Below are positions 19,598 to 28,309 of a DNA stretch of 64,000 nucleotides, piece after piece (the first letter of the stretch is position 1; each line of letters begins with the position of its first letter). A program made the position numbers and the translations under genes. Source of the DNA: Escherichia phage vB_EcoM_KAW3E185; sequence record MK373782.1; one strand, written 5' to 3'. Under the pieces are notes generated by a model that saw nothing but the letters and a program-made list of their open reading frames with translations, did no database searches and was not told where the DNA came from.

Positions 19598-19902
19598 TAT
19601 AATGTTCTCTCAAATTTGTGGAAGCATTTACGGCATTTCAATTTCAAGTTATCAGTGGTCCAGTTAACCAGTTGGACTTGGATAGTTCCACATTCCGGGC
19701 ATGGATGTTTTGCTGCCGATTTGGCAGCATTTTCACGTCGTTCAACCATTTTCATTATTTCGTTCCATGCCGGAGGAACGAACTCTTCTTCACCGTGGAT
19801 TTTATCTCGCTGAACAAATTCAATCTTTGAACTATCGTCAATAAACTTAACCAAGCGGTGATTAGTGCTCATATCAATATCCTCTAAAAGGCGTAGTTTC
19901 AT
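19597..19902 (-). CDS. hypothetical zinc-ribbon protein (101 aa)
   Basis: CPECG...CRKC cysteine pairs near the C-terminus. Confidence 0.5.
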   Translation of the reverse strand: MKLRLLEDIDMSTNHRLVKFIDDSSKIEFVQRDKIHGEEEFVPPAWNEIMKMVERRENAAKSAAKHPCPECGTIQVQLVNWTTDNLKLKCRKCFHKFERTL

Positions 19903-20852
19903 TATAACACCTCAATGGCATTTCGTAAACCATCCGCTTTCGCATTCAGAGCTTTTAACGATTTAGTTTGTTCTGCAATCTGGGCTTCGACTTCTTTCAG
20001 ACGAGATTTGAGATATTCGCGTTCTTCTCTTAAGTTATCAACTTTTTCTGCTTTAGGCTCTTTAATAGACTTAGGCTTATACTCGTTAGGGTTCTTCAAC
20101 TTAATTTGAATGCGAGAACTGTATAACATTGAACCATTATCTTCGGTTTCATCATACATTTCTACCACGTCCATGATTCTTAACATCATGCGAAGTTTAT
20201 AAGACAGCGAACGAATGGTTTTATTGTGCTTCTTAATTTCTTCAACTTTCATGGTGCCGAGATTACGTGAGTAATAATAAGGAACCTGAATATCAATTGA
20301 TAATGATGCGGTACCATTACCGGTTGGTTTGAACACTGCAGTAACCCAATCTTTAGCATGAACTGTATTTGTACGATCATCGCCGCCTGTGAATAATTTA
20401 CGAGAATGTTTAAAAAGCATATTCACTTGGTTATTGAATTCACAAGCAAATTTATCAGCAAATTTAGTTTCAGGAATGGTAGTTAACCAATCAGCCAAAT
20501 GAGTCTTTTTAACATCATTAACAATAGTGAATTCAACCAAATCGGTTTTAGATGTCACAGATTTAATAAAGCTCGGCTTCATAAAGTTTTTAATGTTATC
20601 GCGAGCTACAGTAGAAGATAATAAACGAGAACGTTTGAACCATTGAAGCAGTGTCCCTAATGAATGAGAATATGCATTTTGAGTATCTTTACAGATATGA
20701 TTTTCTTGGCCTATGTATGTACCAAAATCTCGAAGAATACCACTTACTACATCTCGGTGTGGAACATCAAATCCTAGTACACCAGAAGCACGTTGGGCAT
20801 GAACGTTAGCGATAAGACCTGCAAAGTATTCAATGTAATGTGAACGTGTCAT
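19902..20852 (-). CDS. hypothetical protein with C-terminal coiled coil (316 aa)
   Basis: ATG start; heptad-like C-terminal 60 aa; promoter cassette immediately upstream. Confidence 0.55.
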   Translation of the reverse strand: MTRSHYIEYFAGLIANVHAQRASGVLGFDVPHRDVVSGILRDFGTYIGQENHICKDTQNAYSHSLGTLLQWFKRSRLLSSTVARDNIKNFMKPSFIKSVTSKTDLVEFTIVNDVKKTHLADWLTTIPETKFADKFACEFNNQVNMLFKHSRKLFTGGDDRTNTVHAKDWVTAVFKPTGNGTASLSIDIQVPYYYSRNLGTMKVEEIKKHNKTIRSLSYKLRMMLRIMDVVEMYDETEDNGSMLYSSRIQIKLKNPNEYKPKSIKEPKAEKVDNLREEREYLKSRLKEVEAQIAEQTKSLKALNAKADGLRNAIEVL

Positions 20853-20880
20853 AATATTTTCCTCTCGTTAAGATAAATTC

Positions 20881-20910
20881 ATTATACTCCAACCATCCTT
20901 GGTTGTAAAC
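20881..20910 (-). promoter_or_regulatory. early promoter cassette with spacer hairpin (minus strand)
   Basis: Minus strand reads GTTTAC-aCAACCAaggaTGGTTGgag-TATAAT; the 26-bp core is identical at 21901..21926. Confidence 0.55.
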
Positions 20911-20914
20911 TGAT

Positions 20915-21874
20915 TTATGATTTTAACGCATTCATTGCGTTAAAAAGTTTAGAATACTGCAACTGGAGATTCGTTACAACACTTTGAGCATCACGAAGCT
21001 TAGCTTGTGCTTTGTCAAGTTCAACAGACAGTTGGTCCATAGTGGCCTTGATTTGATTGTAATGGTAATCTTCGGCCGGAAGAAGGTCATTAGAAACATT
21101 TAGTTTTACTGCAGACAGTTTGCACACATTTGGCAAACCTTTAAACATTGATTTACCCGAAGTAGAATAAGCACTTAGGACTTCGGCCTGTTCAATTGGG
21201 GTCCCAGTAAGCGATGCTTCAAACAATGCATTTTCCTTTTTAAGATTTTGATAGTATTCAGAGTCTTTGTGCCACCATGGCGCAGGAACCTTTTTACCAA
21301 TAGATACACGAGCCTGGATAGCGATATTGCCCTTATTCTTGATAGGGTCGATAATATTAAGCTCACGAGAATAAATTGCTTTAATCTGGTGAATATTATC
21401 ACCTAACACTTCCAACGCTTGGTGGAATACACGAGCAACGTTATCATTCTTAGGTTTATACGTAAGAGTGAACTCGTTCTCACTGATAACCATGATTTCC
21501 AACTTATCGTAAGTATATTTCAAATGTTTCATGTTAATTGCTTGAGGACGAATACGAGAAGCAATGGCCATCAGATTGTTAAGGTTATTCCGGAACTGCT
21601 TAGCGAAATATTGTCCTTCACCGCCAATACAAAAATTACGAAGTTTCTGTTTGGCCAATAAACGGCTGAACTCGCCATTTTTAATGAACTCTTTAACGGG
21701 TGTGTTAGTAACGCATTCAAATTGAGTAAACTTACGAGAATTAATCCCATAATACGAACAGATTTCCTCAATCTCTTCAGGAGTCTTTACAGGCATACGG
21801 ATAGGATTAGGTCCTGGAGTATATGCGTTCGAGGTAAATTCTTTGATAAGTTCTCTACGTGTAATAAAAGCCAT
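20915..21874 (-). CDS. hypothetical protein with C-terminal coiled coil (319 aa)
   Basis: ATG start; same promoter cassette upstream. Confidence 0.55.
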   Translation of the reverse strand: MAFITRRELIKEFTSNAYTPGPNPIRMPVKTPEEIEEICSYYGINSRKFTQFECVTNTPVKEFIKNGEFSRLLAKQKLRNFCIGGEGQYFAKQFRNNLNNLMAIASRIRPQAINMKHLKYTYDKLEIMVISENEFTLTYKPKNDNVARVFHQALEVLGDNIHQIKAIYSRELNIIDPIKNKGNIAIQARVSIGKKVPAPWWHKDSEYYQNLKKENALFEASLTGTPIEQAEVLSAYSTSGKSMFKGLPNVCKLSAVKLNVSNDLLPAEDYHYNQIKATMDQLSVELDKAQAKLRDAQSVVTNLQLQYSKLFNAMNALKS

Positions 21875-21900
21875 TTTATATTCCTCATGTTGAAAAATTT

Positions 21901-21930
21901 ATTATACTCCAACCATCCTTGGTTGTACAT
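21901..21930 (-). promoter_or_regulatory. early promoter cassette with spacer hairpin (minus strand), second copy
   Basis: TGTACA-aCCAAGGATGGTTGgag-TATAAT; duplicate of the 20881 cassette. Confidence 0.55.
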
Positions 21931-22925
21931 CATTCCTTAAGAAGTTTTACTACTTGAATAAGATTAGCTCGTTCTGTTTTATTTTTACCGTTTAAGCCTG
22001 CTAATCGTGAGATTTCATCGTCAGTCTGTTGAATAGTTACATTAAGTTCGTTAATCAAAGCTTCAAAGTATTTGATTTGCTCAGCATGTTTTGATTCAAA
22101 TTTCTGAACCGGAATAACGTCTTGGTTCAGTTCATCAATAAGGTCTTTAAGAGCATCTTCTTGGTTGATATCATATTCAACTTCTTTTATTTCTTCAACG
22201 AGCTCGTCTTTATATCTAACGTCTTTTAGTCCTGGAGCTGGTCCTGAAATCTCTTCTTTAAGAGTACAAACATACCCAATACGGTATCCAACGCCGTCTC
22301 GCTTGATATCAACTTCGTCGATAAATCCACAATGTTTAAGTCCAGAGCCGATTATGTCAAAATATCCTTGACGTCGTCCTTCAAACGTTACACGAACTAC
22401 TAAGACGGTTTTGCCACCGACCTTTTGAAGCTCACATTTATAAAAGTTTGTTGAACCTGAATAACATGGATGAGTTTTAAAGTTCATCTGACGATCTAGG
22501 CCCATTTGTAAACGTGCTGTTACGGCCATAAAACGTGTTTGGTTCTCGTTAAGATGAGCAACAATCCATTTCAAAGGCATTTTACCCTGTTCACGGCCGA
22601 ACAAATCAGTACGTCCTAGATTACGCAGGATGTTGTTAGAGTTAATCATCGACAGAACGTTAAGTTTATTCAGCGCGCTGAAGATTCCATCAGCCATTGA
22701 TTTTCCATAACCTTTACACGCTTTAATAAGTGCTCGCGGCAGATTAGTATAGATTTCAGACGGCATATGAAAATCAAATTTACTAACCAGTAATTGATGA
22801 ACTTGGATAGCAATTTGTTCATAATTAAGTGCTCTGCGATCGTTATGGTCTTTAAACCACACTTTAATCTGTGAAGCACATAAACCGTTAATTTCATGTT
22901 TTACCGCATCAGATGTAATGCTCAT
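21930..22925 (-). CDS. hypothetical protein with C-terminal coiled coil (331 aa)
   Basis: ATG start; upstream carries a GCTTTA box 13 nt from TATAAT (middle-promoter-like, weak). Confidence 0.55.
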   Translation of the reverse strand: MSITSDAVKHEINGLCASQIKVWFKDHNDRRALNYEQIAIQVHQLLVSKFDFHMPSEIYTNLPRALIKACKGYGKSMADGIFSALNKLNVLSMINSNNILRNLGRTDLFGREQGKMPLKWIVAHLNENQTRFMAVTARLQMGLDRQMNFKTHPCYSGSTNFYKCELQKVGGKTVLVVRVTFEGRRQGYFDIIGSGLKHCGFIDEVDIKRDGVGYRIGYVCTLKEEISGPAPGLKDVRYKDELVEEIKEVEYDINQEDALKDLIDELNQDVIPVQKFESKHAEQIKYFEALINELNVTIQQTDDEISRLAGLNGKNKTERANLIQVVKLLKE

Positions 22926-22987
22926 AACTATTTCCTCAGATTGAATTGGAACTCAAAACCATTATAACCCGTCCTTGGGTAAAGCGT

Positions 22988-23515
22988 TTATGCGTGAACC
23001 GTCTTTAAACGTTCTTCAAATTTCCGAAGAGTACTAATACGTTCTGCTTTCTGTTTTGTATAGTTTGCAATACGTTCTGAAGTGAGAGCGTATCGTTCGT
23101 TTACTGATTCTTTCATGAAGTCAGGGATTTCACGAGAAGCTTTAATTTCATCAAACTTATCGAGTACTGCCTGGTCTTCAGCGATTAAATTTTCGTACAT
23201 CTCGATATCTTTCTTGATAAACTCGATATCTTCCTGGGTTACTTTGGATAAACGAGATGCTTTATCCTTTTTGTACTGCTCGTTAGTTTCACGAGACCAG
23301 AATAATGTACGTTTTTTGTTAGTGTTTTTGTAGACTTCCACAATTCCAACTGAATCGATGATAACAATCCAATTCCAGCGAGATTTGAAAATCTGACCTC
23401 CGTCCACGGTAATCTCGTTACCATAAGCAACGTCATTAAAGAACTTGCTTTGTGCTTCAGATTTAAATTTACCGTCGTTATAATTTACCAGGTTGAAAAT
23501 ATCTTTAGCGTTCAT
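22988..23515 (-). CDS. hypothetical protein (175 aa)
   Basis: ATG start; GGAGG upstream. Confidence 0.5.
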   Translation of the reverse strand: MNAKDIFNLVNYNDGKFKSEAQSKFFNDVAYGNEITVDGGQIFKSRWNWIVIIDSVGIVEVYKNTNKKRTLFWSRETNEQYKKDKASRLSKVTQEDIEFIKKDIEMYENLIAEDQAVLDKFDEIKASREIPDFMKESVNERYALTSERIANYTKQKAERISTLRKFEERLKTVHA

Positions 23516-23534
23516 GTTTTACCTCCAGTAGTTG

Positions 23535-23571
23535 ATAGGTCTATAATAACATAACCATAGACCTTGTAAAC
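23535..23571 (-). promoter_or_regulatory. early promoter with inverted repeat around the -10 (minus strand)
   Basis: GTTTAC-17nt-TATTAT flanked by AGGTCTAT...ATAGACCT. Confidence 0.5.
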
Positions 23572-23573
23572 AA

Positions 23574-23861
23574 CTAAAAGAAACTTTTTTCGGTATTTTT
23601 TCCACTGAACCAAACAGACTTCGGGATTTTTTGTAATTTTTCAGATTTAAGTTTCTCTTCCTGTTCTTTCTTATATACACCCTTGTCGTACTGGAGCACC
23701 TCTATGGCATTCTTTTGCAAACGATCTAAGGTAATTAAGGCTTTAGTTTTTCCTTTCAAGGAAGAGTCCTGGCGAACCTCCTCGCTATATTGCATTGTAG
23801 AACTAACCATACGATGAGCATACAGTTCTACTGCGGCTTTAATTTTTTGCATAAAATCCAT
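23574..23861 (-). CDS. hypothetical protein (95 aa)
   Basis: ATG start. Confidence 0.45.
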   Translation of the reverse strand: MDFMQKIKAAVELYAHRMVSSTMQYSEEVRQDSSLKGKTKALITLDRLQKNAIEVLQYDKGVYKKEQEEKLKSEKLQKIPKSVWFSGKNTEKSFF

Positions 23862-24000
23862 AACATATCCTCTTTGATTTGTACATCATTATTTTTAAAT
23901 ATTTCTATGCCCTCAGTAGGTTCCTGGTGTCCTTCTTTGAGGTAAGCCATATGATTATTCATCTTTATAGCTTTTGTTACCTCAGAACTTCCTATAAAGC

Positions 24001-24468
24001 TTATTTCAGTAAAGTAACTTCCGAGATTTCTTCCCAACCATCTTTATCAGTTGAAATAAAATCTGCTACATAAAGAGCCGTACGTAATGATACATTGCGA
24101 AGACGAGATACGTTAGCCTTCATCCAGGACAATGCTTTATACGTTTCTGCATCAGTCAGACCACGTTTCTGCATCATGTCAGTAGATAATATTACATCTT
24201 CAACTCGAACCATAATCTCTTCATTAGAGTGTACTCCAAGGTCGAGATACACTGAACGAGATACTAAAGCTTGAAGGTGTGGAGCAAGTTTAGAACCGCG
24301 TTCTAACTCTTTATCGATATCAACGTTTGTAATGAAAACGATAGTACCTTCAAACTCAAATTCTTTATCAATACCCTTATCCTCGAGATAAGATGACGCA
24401 GTGCTCCAACAAACTTTGCGTTTATCGCCGGTATCTAATGCTGCTTTAAGAAGGTTCAAGATGTCCAT
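24001..24468 (-). CDS. hypothetical protein (155 aa from first ATG; reading frame stays open upstream to 24573)
   Basis: ATG at 24468; same frame has no stop for 35 further codons upstream, and a 56-aa ATG ORF (24495..24665) in another frame overlaps that stretch. Confidence 0.4.
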   Translation of the reverse strand: MDILNLLKAALDTGDKRKVCWSTASSYLEDKGIDKEFEFEGTIVFITNVDIDKELERGSKLAPHLQALVSRSVYLDLGVHSNEEIMVRVEDVILSTDMMQKRGLTDAETYKALSWMKANVSRLRNVSLRTALYVADFISTDKDGWEEISEVTLLK

Positions 24469-24684
24469 ATCTGAGAATACGTCAACGTCGTCGATTAAGA
24501 GAACGCTGTCTGCATCACGGTTGAGCCAAAGTTGTTCGTAAAGGCCAATACCGGAGATTTTACCATACTCGCTTCAATAAGATTCACTATGCCGTTTACC
24601 ATGTTATAGGTAAACATCGGATAATTGTATTGTACTACAACATAAGCGATAAGCAAAAGTTTCATTTTGTTCTCCGTTCGTTTT

Positions 24685-24723
24685 GATAGGACTACTATAA
24701 TATAGTCCTACCAAGATGTAAAC
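24685..24723 (-). promoter_or_regulatory. early promoter with inverted repeat GATAGGACTA/TAGTCCTA around the -10 (minus strand)
   Basis: GTTTAC-18nt-TATAGT, then AAAAC, GGAG and ATG. Confidence 0.5.
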
Positions 24724-24956
24724 TACCGATTGTGTTTTAAATGTTGATAAAGTTCTTCAACTTGTTTAGGGTCCAAAACAATTAAGTCATTTTCTTGACG
24801 AAGATAAATCCATCCCTTATCCCCAGGGCCATTTTTACAAAACATCACCACCATATCATCATCTTCAGCGCTTTCAGGTAAAAGTTCAAGTACACCGTCT
24901 TCAGATTTTCCAGTATAATCGTAAAGCATAATGTCCTCACATAATCTCGTTAACAT
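24723..24956 (-). CDS. hypothetical protein (77 aa)
   Basis: ATG start. Confidence 0.45.
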   Translation of the reverse strand: MLTRLCEDIMLYDYTGKSEDGVLELLPESAEDDDMVVMFCKNGPGDKGWIYLRQENDLIVLDPKQVEELYQHLKHNR

Positions 24957-25116
24957 ACATTTGCAATTCGGTGTGGGCTTCGGCCATCTTTTTCATAGCT
25001 CTGTTAATGTCGATGTCTCCATCTTCGCAACCATGAGCATTTTCCCAATCGGATACCGCATTAGCGTACTCTTCAATCAAAAACATCAACTTAGAAATCT
25101 TTTCTTTACGTGACAT
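24937..25116 (-). CDS. hypothetical protein (about 59 aa)
   Basis: ORF 24937..25185; ATG at 25116 preceded by AGAGGAG. Confidence 0.35.
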   Translation of the reverse strand: MSRKEKISKLMFLIEEYANAVSDWENAHGCEDGDIDINRAMKKMAEAHTELQMYVNEIM

Positions 25117-25143
25117 AACGTTCTCCTCTAGTAAGTAAGGTTT

Positions 25144-25172
25144 ACTATAACACAACCTGAGGAGAAGTAAAC
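25144..25172 (-). promoter_or_regulatory. early promoter GTTTAC-17-TATAGT (minus strand)
   Basis: Spacer sequence closely resembles the regB promoter at 28780..28825. Confidence 0.5.
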
Positions 25173-25183
25173 TGATAGATGCC

Positions 25184-25211
25184 AAAAAGCCCCAACCTTT
25201 CGGAAGGGGCT
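25184..25211 (-). terminator. rho-independent terminator (minus strand)
   Basis: GCCCC...GGGGC hairpin followed by UUUUU on the minus-strand RNA; same module as at 39955 and 40498. Confidence 0.55.
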
Positions 25212-25217
25212 AGTAAA

Positions 25218-25520
25218 TTAGATAGATGTAGGCTCTAATTTTATTTTCATGAACTCGGCAAATTGTCTGGCAGTTTTTATGCCTTGTTCATGACATTCAA
25301 ATGCATCATCACAGGGACTATTTTTGTAATGCTTTGCCATATACTTATAGAATTTTTCAGAATTCTCGACATTTTGAATTTCAAACAAAGTATATACGTT
25401 TTTAATCCCTGATTCCATAAAGTTATCAAAATATGGGTCGATATGTGCAGTACCAACGATAGGAGTTGTTGCTGCAAAAAACCCCAGCATCGCTATGACA
25501 GCTATCGCTCTTAAGGCCAT
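25218..25520 (-). CDS. hypothetical secreted/periplasmic protein (100 aa)
   Basis: N-terminal signal-peptide-like segment MALRAIAVIAMLGFFAATTPIVGTA. Confidence 0.5.
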   Translation of the reverse strand: MALRAIAVIAMLGFFAATTPIVGTAHIDPYFDNFMESGIKNVYTLFEIQNVENSEKFYKYMAKHYKNSPCDDAFECHEQGIKTARQFAEFMKIKLEPTSI

Positions 25521-25532
25521 ATAGGCCTCCTG

Positions 25533-25745
25533 TTAATTTTGGCCAGTATTTATTTTTCGCCTTTGGACGGCCTTAACATCTGCGAGGTATTTTTCCAGCT
25601 TGCGCTTGCGTGTATAATCAGCTTTAGAACCAGTTTGACGGATATCCTCGTTTAAATGAGAAATAGAATGTCCTAATTCTCTTCGGATTTCATCCAATTG
25701 GGTTACAGTAAGATTACGAAGTTGTCTTTCGTTTAATTGCTGCAT
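25533..25745 (-). CDS. hypothetical protein (70 aa)
   Basis: ATG start. Confidence 0.45.
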   Translation of the reverse strand: MQQLNERQLRNLTVTQLDEIRRELGHSISHLNEDIRQTGSKADYTRKRKLEKYLADVKAVQRRKINTGQN

Positions 25746-25772
25746 ATATACCTCTTGGTTAGATATTAGTAT

Positions 25773-26354
25773 TTATAACAACCCTGTCAAATCATTCCAA
25801 TGCTTCCGGCATAATGACACGTATCTATCGGTATCACCAATTTCAATTTGACTGCCATCTGTAATTGGAAGTCCGTCTTCCGTGACTCTAGCTACCATTG
25901 TGGCCTTTTTACCACAATGACAGACACCTTTAAGTTCAACAAGCTTATCGGCAATAGCCATTAATGCTTGAGAACCTTCAAATAGATTACCTTTAAAATC
26001 TGTTCGTAGTCCATATGCCATTACCGGCACATTGTACACGTCAACAATACGACTAAGTTGATACACCTTTTCAGTAGTTAAGAACTGAGCTTCGTCAACA
26101 AATACGCAGTGAATATCCTTTTGTGCTGCAGCCCATTTATAAAATTCAAAGATATCCATGTCTTTTGTAATTATATTGGCGTCCTGACGAATACCAATAC
26201 GAGAGACTATTTCACCTTTTGAATCGCGAGTATCAATAGCCGGTTTAAGAACTAATACACCCATGCCACGTTCTTTATAGTTATGTGCGGCAGTAAGTAA
26301 TGAAGCAGACTTACCAGCGTTCATAGCGGCATAGGTAAAAATTAAACTAGCCAT
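25773..26354 (-). CDS. tk: thymidine kinase (193 aa)
   Basis: P-loop AAMNAGKSASLL; C-terminal zinc-ribbon cysteines; length matches T4 Tk. Confidence 0.9.
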   Translation of the reverse strand: MASLIFTYAAMNAGKSASLLTAAHNYKERGMGVLVLKPAIDTRDSKGEIVSRIGIRQDANIITKDMDIFEFYKWAAAQKDIHCVFVDEAQFLTTEKVYQLSRIVDVYNVPVMAYGLRTDFKGNLFEGSQALMAIADKLVELKGVCHCGKKATMVARVTEDGLPITDGSQIEIGDTDRYVSLCRKHWNDLTGLL

Positions 26355-26363
26355 AAGAGTCCC

Positions 26364-26546
26364 TTATAGTGAATTCACGTAGTCAATGAGTTCTTGTTCT
26401 TTCCTGTCAAATGATTCCAACAATGCTTGATATTCTTCGTCCGTCAAAGGAGCATATTCATCATACGCATTGGTGGCTGCTTGCTCATCCAATAGGTCAT
26501 GGATAAGTTCGAACAGTTTAGCTTTCTCTTCTTTAGTTAATTTCAT
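26364..26546 (-). CDS. hypothetical acidic protein (60 aa)
   Basis: ATG start. Confidence 0.4.
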   Translation of the reverse strand: MKLTKEEKAKLFELIHDLLDEQAATNAYDEYAPLTDEEYQALLESFDRKEQELIDYVNSL

Positions 26547-26749
26547 TTAGGTTCACCTTCTTTAACGAAATCTGGGTAAGGGTAAAATCCTGAGTAAAAC
26601 CCTTCACCTTTATGATTGCTACAACCTTTGTTCGAACAGTAACACCAATAATCAAAATCACAAGCCATTTCGTCATTGCATAAAGCAAAAACTACAGGCC
26701 ATTCGCATTTTTCGCATTTAGCACCTGTAAGAATTTTTGTTTGACTCAT
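26543..26749 (-). CDS. hypothetical Cys-rich small protein (about 68 aa)
   Basis: ATG at 26749 overlaps the upstream stop (ATGA); about 10 cysteines. Confidence 0.45.
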   Translation of the reverse strand: MSQTKILTGAKCEKCEWPVVFALCNDEMACDFDYWCYCSNKGCSNHKGEGFYSGFYPYPDFVKEGEPK

Positions 26750-26958
26750 AGCCATGTCACCTTTAAGCAATATTCTTCTACATGTTGTTTACGGCCTTTC
26801 TTATCAATAAAGGTATATTCAACGAATGTTCCGATGTAGTCTTTATCTACATCATGTGGACTATTAATTGGACATTTGGTACGGCAAATGCGTTCCCATT
26901 GACGAATAATTACTGCCTTATTCTTTGGGTCATATGGATGTGGATAATGTATATTCAT
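26746..26958 (-). CDS. hypothetical protein (about 70 aa)
   Basis: ATG at 26958 overlaps the upstream stop. Confidence 0.45.
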   Translation of the reverse strand: MNIHYPHPYDPKNKAVIIRQWERICRTKCPINSPHDVDKDYIGTFVEYTFIDKKGRKQHVEEYCLKVTWL

Positions 26959-27452
26959 AATAACGGTTCCCAATCAACAATCACAATTTCTAGTTTAGTA
27001 GAATACGTATCTAAAATCTCTTCGATGACATCCCAGTTTCCACCACCAATACCTGCACCAATTCTTGGCATATAAATTACAGGCTTTATTATCTTATTCT
27101 TTCCGAATTCATTTAATTCTATTATACAATTCATTAAAGCAGAGTACTCAAAATTAGGTCCCGGCTCAAACTGTGTATAAAGATTAAAGCAATAAGCTTT
27201 ATGGGTCTTAAAATATTTTTCATAAACCGAATAAGTCCCGAGTTTAGACTCGTCTCCGAATTCGGTTTGAAGTTTATCGGCTTCCAGAATTTTTGGATAA
27301 GCCTTTGCTAATTGGCCTGCTACACCGGCGCCCATTGTATGAAAACAATTACACCCATGAGCAATATTATTACCTTTAGAAAACAGGGCGACAATATCGC
27401 CCTTGATATAGTTTTTAATCACTTGCTGCAAGTCCTCTATTATAAGAGTCAA
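26955..27452 (-). CDS. macro-domain-like protein (putative ADP-ribose binding/hydrolase, 165 aa)
   Basis: IAHGCNCFHTMGAGVAGQL aligns with the macro NAAN...GGGV motif and PRIGAGIGGGNW with the second glycine-rich motif. Confidence 0.55.
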   Translation of the reverse strand: MTLIIEDLQQVIKNYIKGDIVALFSKGNNIAHGCNCFHTMGAGVAGQLAKAYPKILEADKLQTEFGDESKLGTYSVYEKYFKTHKAYCFNLYTQFEPGPNFEYSALMNCIIELNEFGKNKIIKPVIYMPRIGAGIGGGNWDVIEEILDTYSTKLEIVIVDWEPLL

Positions 27453-27762
27453 CTAGACGGTCCACCATAGAATTGCATGCTGCCTTATCTTTAGGTTCCG
27501 CCACCGAGCATTCTAATATTTGCCATTTTTTATAGTATCTTTTAATTAAGGTAGACGCCTTGAACCTACTAGACGCCCCGTCTTTTTCTCCGTCTTTATA
27601 CGCATATAACAATTTTTGTGAAAAATCTACTTTACACTCTTGACTTTTACCACAGTAATCAGACGCCGTTCTGTTTGTATACTCCGTTACATCAGTATAT
27701 GTAGTATTAGCAAGAGCGTTAAATGAAACCAAGCCAACTATTAAAGCCAACATTTTGGTCAT
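27415..27762 (-). CDS. hypothetical secreted Cys-containing protein (115 aa); positional candidate for T4 vs
   Basis: Signal-peptide-like N-terminus MTKMLALIVGLVSFNALA; sits in the vs position at the T4 vs length, but identity is unverified. Confidence 0.45.
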   Translation of the reverse strand: MTKMLALIVGLVSFNALANTTYTDVTEYTNRTASDYCGKSQECKVDFSQKLLYAYKDGEKDGASSRFKASTLIKRYYKKWQILECSVAEPKDKAACNSMVDRLVDSYNRGLAASD

Positions 27763-28301
27763 TCTTTTATTTCCAGTAGTTTATTTGATTTAAGGTAATT
27801 AGCCTTTTCTAGGACTTCAGAAGCATATTTACTTCCGGCACTTGTCTTCCATCCCGCATTATATGAGGATATAGCTTTTCTTATATCCCCGTTATGTATA
27901 TTTAACCAATAAGAAAATTCGATATAAGCCCATCTGGCTGAATTAGACCGCTTAGATAGCATTTTCTTAATTTGGGCATCAGTCATATTATAACCAAGCT
28001 GGTTAATTCTTGCCCTCATTGTCGGTAGATAATTTTGGAACATTCCATACGCATGGTGACCTTTCTTATCTTTAAGATTAATACCGGCAGATGATTCCTG
28101 CCATAGTATTGCGGCCATTATGTATCCAAGTCCTTTCTTATGCATATTTTCATGCGTTTTAAATTTTCCATCCTTAGAAAACTGTTCCCCAAACTGATAA
28201 GCATAATTCAAGTTATCGAGTTGGACATTACTAAAAGTATGCTCGGAGCTATGTGCTGATAACGAAAGAGCAAATAGACCAGCGAGTAGTGCTTTTCTCA
28301 T
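27759..28301 (-). CDS. secreted lytic-transglycosylase-like protein (SLT motif, 180 aa)
   Basis: Signal peptide MRKALLAGLFALSLSAHS; ILWQESSAG...YGMFQ resembles the SLT catalytic Glu-Ser and GLMQ motifs. Confidence 0.55.
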   Translation of the reverse strand: MRKALLAGLFALSLSAHSSEHTFSNVQLDNLNYAYQFGEQFSKDGKFKTHENMHKKGLGYIMAAILWQESSAGINLKDKKGHHAYGMFQNYLPTMRARINQLGYNMTDAQIKKMLSKRSNSARWAYIEFSYWLNIHNGDIRKAISSYNAGWKTSAGSKYASEVLEKANYLKSNKLLEIKE

Positions 28302-28309
28302 GTTTACCT

